From: Schmidtea nova
Lineage: Eukaryota
Reading direction: 5' to 3'
NCBI GenBank assembly: GCA_044892505.1
Contig: CM097882.1
Coordinates: 58,962,001 to 59,026,000 of the forward strand
DNA length: 64,000 nucleotides
Below the pieces are notes generated by a model. It worked only from the letters and a program-made list of their open reading frames with translations. It ran no database searches and had not been told where the DNA came from. Position numbers and translations under genes: made by a program. The stretch's first letter is position 1. Each line of letters opens with the position of its first letter. Below are positions 62,955-64,000 of this stretch, in pieces.

Positions 62955-64000
62955 ATGAAACGCAACGCTACATCAGATATAAATCATACAAATTGGGATA
63001 AAGAAGAAGAAAAGGAAGAAAGAGGTGAATTTGTTACAGCAAATAAGAACATTATATCTCAACGAAAATTAATTTCAGCTAGAAGAAAACCAACTTCAAA
63101 TTCAACAAAAAATGTGTTTAAGTCATTTACTGGATTTTCCAGTACAGTCACTGAACCGTCTAAAAATACGTTTGGCACTATTCCTGACTCTAGCAACAGG
63201 GATAAAAACAAAGAAAAGCACATAAATTCACTGAAATTATTGAATAAAAAATTTCTTGAATGCATTCAAAAGCATATTAGTGAAAATCCATTATGCGTCC
63301 TTACTCCTACACTGGAGGATTACAATAAAAACGTTGATATTATAAAAGAAAAATATCCTTTATCAACCATGTCATCAAATGTTACTGAAACTGTATCAAC
63401 ATCATCGAGTACAAAACCAATTTTCAGTTTTCTAAAAGATGAAATTGAAACAGCTAATAAATTCGACTTTGGATTGAAAAATGTCGATGTTTCTAAACCA
63501 TTCATTTTACTAACACAGTCTTCAACGGATAAAGTACCACATTTTGGATTACCTTCTACTTCGTCTGTAGATGTTAAAATCGCTTCGGTCGGATTTTCGA
63601 ATAGTTCAAATAGTCTTTTCAGTTTTCCCGCTACTACAACATTGACACTTTTTGCGCCCAGCGCAGCACCTAAATGTAATGATGAAGAAGAAGAATATGT
63701 TCCTCCTGTCGCTGAAGTGCGCGAAGTTAAGGAAAAAGATTCGATTTATGAAGTTCGTTGTAAACTATTTTATCAAGTAGAGAGCAAATGGAAAAATCGT
63801 GGTGTTGGAAATTTGTTCATTAAACCTATAGAAAAAGGAAAGTTTCAACTTGTTCTTCGAGCTGATAATAGTCTTGCTACAATCATTTTAAATGTACTCA
63901 TTAATGATAAGATGCCTCTAAGCGTAACAAAAAATAATCTTTCTTTTGTTGCCATGACAGACTTTTGCAAAGAAATAAAGTTGACTCCGTTGCTCATTCG
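62955..64000 (+). CDS. Nup50: Nup50-like protein, copy 20 (T184I, P186L), 3' end cut by the window edge
   Basis: ATG at 62955 in the same TAAAATGAAACGC context. The frame is open to the window end (...LTPLLIR). It is absent from the ORF track because no stop falls inside the window. Confidence 0.93.
   Translation, partial: MKRNATSDINHTNWDKEEEKEERGEFVTANKNIISQRKLISARRKPTSNSTKNVFKSFTGFSSTVTEPSKNTFGTIPDSSNRDKNKEKHINSLKLLNKKFLECIQKHISENPLCVLTPTLEDYNKNVDIIKEKYPLSTMSSNVTETVSTSSSTKPIFSFLKDEIETANKFDFGLKNVDVSKPFILLTQSSTDKVPHFGLPSTSSVDVKIASVGFSNSSNSLFSFPATTTLTLFAPSAAPKCNDEEEEYVPPVAEVREVKEKDSIYEVRCKLFYQVESKWKNRGVGNLFIKPIEKGKFQLVLRADNSLATIILNVLINDKMPLSVTKNNLSFVAMTDFCKEIKLTPLLI

Larger units (their letters stand above)
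1..64000 (+). repeat. Head-to-tail tandem array of a ~3.25-kb unit (Nup50-like gene + AT-rich spacer), ~19.7 units, running off both window ends
   Basis: ORF starts recur at 1165, 4417, 7670, 10924, 14175, 17426, 20679, 23932, 27184, 30438, 33688, 36937, 40188, 43442, 46696, 49949, 53202, 56452, 59705 and 62955 (spacing 3249-3254 bp). Spacer sequence is near-identical in every unit, with no unique sequence or interruption seen. Confidence 0.99.
51010..64000 (+). repeat. Higher-order dimer repeat, period 6,503 bp (copies 17-18 repeated as 19-20)
   Basis: Rare variants recur exactly 6,503 bp apart: 52136/58639 (TTGTGATT), 53118/59621 (TTGGCTAG) and 54982/61485 (TTTATATT). CDS starts do too (53202/59705, 56452/62955). 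The left boundary is approximate. Confidence 0.85.

Noticed and set aside
1-64000. rRNA/5S, tRNA, snRNA or histone genes co-arrayed with the unit, or a CRISPR-type array
   Set aside because: No recognisable conserved motifs for these genes in the spacer, and no short repeats with unique spacers.
1-64000. Array as a pure assembly artefact (one locus written repeatedly)
   Set aside because: Units carry structured, hierarchically shared substitutions, unlike random read error. Exact copy number and homopolymer lengths still need read-level confirmation.

Overview
The whole 64 kb window is one head-to-tail tandem gene array from a very AT-rich eukaryote. The protein looks animal-type; the species cannot be named from the sequence. 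The unit is about 3,249-3,254 bp (19.7 units). Each unit holds one uninterrupted 1,104-bp ORF for a compact 367-aa nucleoporin Nup50 homologue plus an approximately 2.15-kb AT-rich spacer. The protein has an N-terminal importin-alpha-binding segment, the conserved NPLCxLTP central motif, a short FG/FxF region and a C-terminal RanBD-like domain. There are 20 copies: 18 intact, one with a nonsense mutation (R44*) and one cut by the window end. Copies are nearly identical, but shared variants show higher-order structure: a 6,503-bp dimer, multi-unit block duplications, and two spacer haplotypes with signs of gene conversion. Nup50 is normally single- or low-copy, so this ampliconic array is the main item of interest. 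No rRNA, tRNA, CRISPR array or recognisable transposon was found. All between-copy comparisons were made by eye, and all family assignments come from recalled sequence similarity, not a database search.
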